Source: Paraspadella gotoi
Taxonomy: Eukaryota; Animalia; Chaetognatha
Length of the DNA: 64,000 nt
Assembly: GCA_051294375.1 (NCBI GenBank)
Contig: CM119264.1
Coordinates: forward strand, 5,651,810 to 5,715,809
Direction of reading: 5' to 3'
Shown: piece by piece, positions 63,019-64,000 of the stretch
Numbering within the stretch: the first letter of the stretch is position 1
Layout of the letters: each line of letters begins with the position of its first letter
Notes under the pieces: model-generated
Told to the model about the DNA's origin: nothing
Seen by the model: only the letters and a program-made list of their open reading frames with translations
Databases searched by the model: none
Position numbers and translations under genes: made by a program

Positions 63019-63496
63019 CTAAATGTGGAAATTAATGATCGGTGAATAAGACTGGAAATGATTCTTGAGTTTCAAGATTTCATTTCTGCTCAAAATGAGT
63101 AAAATTTAAAAAAAAGAAATTAGTACTAAGTATTCGGCAAAAACAGAAATAATTTAAAAAGGGTAAATTATTTATTTATTATCCAAAGCATCCTAAGTAT
63201 ATAAATTATTTTAATAAGTCTTTTCTAACGATTAATCATAAAAAATATATAAATTTAAGAAAAAGCTAAAATTCCAAAATGCAAAAAAATTAAAATAAAA
63301 AGTGTTATTAAATTAAAAAAAAAGTGTTTAAAAAAAAAAACGATTTATCAATTCGAAAGCCTTGAACCCTTAAACTCTAAAGACTGAGAACGTGGGACGG
63401 AAGGGCAAAGGGCAAAACCACAAAGAACTGGATAAGAGAGAAAATGGGTGGGCGAGGCGCGGGGATAAGAAGAAAAGGGAAAAGATAGAAGAAAAA

Positions 63497-63541
<45 letters not shown>

Positions 63542-63566
63542 AAAAAGGAAAGAAGAAGAAAAGAAA

Positions 63567-63597
<31 letters not shown>

Positions 63598-63650
63598 AGA
63601 AAGAAAGAAAGAAAGAAAGAAAGAAAAGATAGAAGAAAGAAAGAAAGAAA

Positions 63651-63695
<45 letters not shown>
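63497..63695. repeat. (AAAG)n microsatellite
   Basis: Seen directly. Confidence 0.93.
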
Positions 63696-64000
63696 AAAAA
63701 AAAGAAAAAGTAAAAACGAGAAAAACGCCAAGTTGGCCTGGGAGTAAAAAAAAGAGAAAAAGAAGAAAGTGCAGACCGAGTTTGTGACGACGACGACGAC
63801 AGACGACGACGACGACGAAAACGACGACGACGACGACGATGAAGAGACGACGACAACGATGAAGACGACGACGACAAAATCGAGAGAAAAGATGCGGACT
63901 GCAAATCTACTCTCCTCCTCGGTTGTAAAACATTTTCTTTTTCTCCAGATTTTCGCGATGAAAACAATGAATATGAGAGAGAGAGAGAGTGAGGAGAGAG

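Overview
Draft-assembly window from an animal (probably invertebrate) nuclear genome, rich in (GA)n, (GAC)n and (GGTC)n microsatellites and N gaps. Five gaps of exactly 25 N, indel-noisy tracts and redundant direct or inverted copies suggest long-read gap filling, so much of 3.5-39 kb is unpolished or duplicated. Almost all ORFs in the supplied track are microsatellite or N artefacts. One real gene can be built by hand on the minus strand (5 exons, 56506->51707, ~619 aa, all introns GT-AG phase 0). It resembles the C-terminal half of a WNK kinase (CCT-like domain, RFQV motif, coiled coil, RVxF motifs), but no kinase domain is visible. Main findings: (1) a near-complete type-P5 twister ribozyme fused behind a TATA/A-box/B-box Pol III-type head, antisense in intron 2 of that gene; (2) a 4.67-kb non-coding LTR element with tRNA-Lys-like PBS, PPT, TSD and non-TG..CA termini, whose empty-site allele is also in the window; (3) the apparently kinase-less WNK-like scaffold; (4) a Penelope-type minimal hammerhead core; (5) a Helentron-type HINE, a second structured tRNA-headed element, TTAGGG-filled MITE-like elements and an RFX/NF-Y/octamer cluster. 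All calls are by eye, without database searches.
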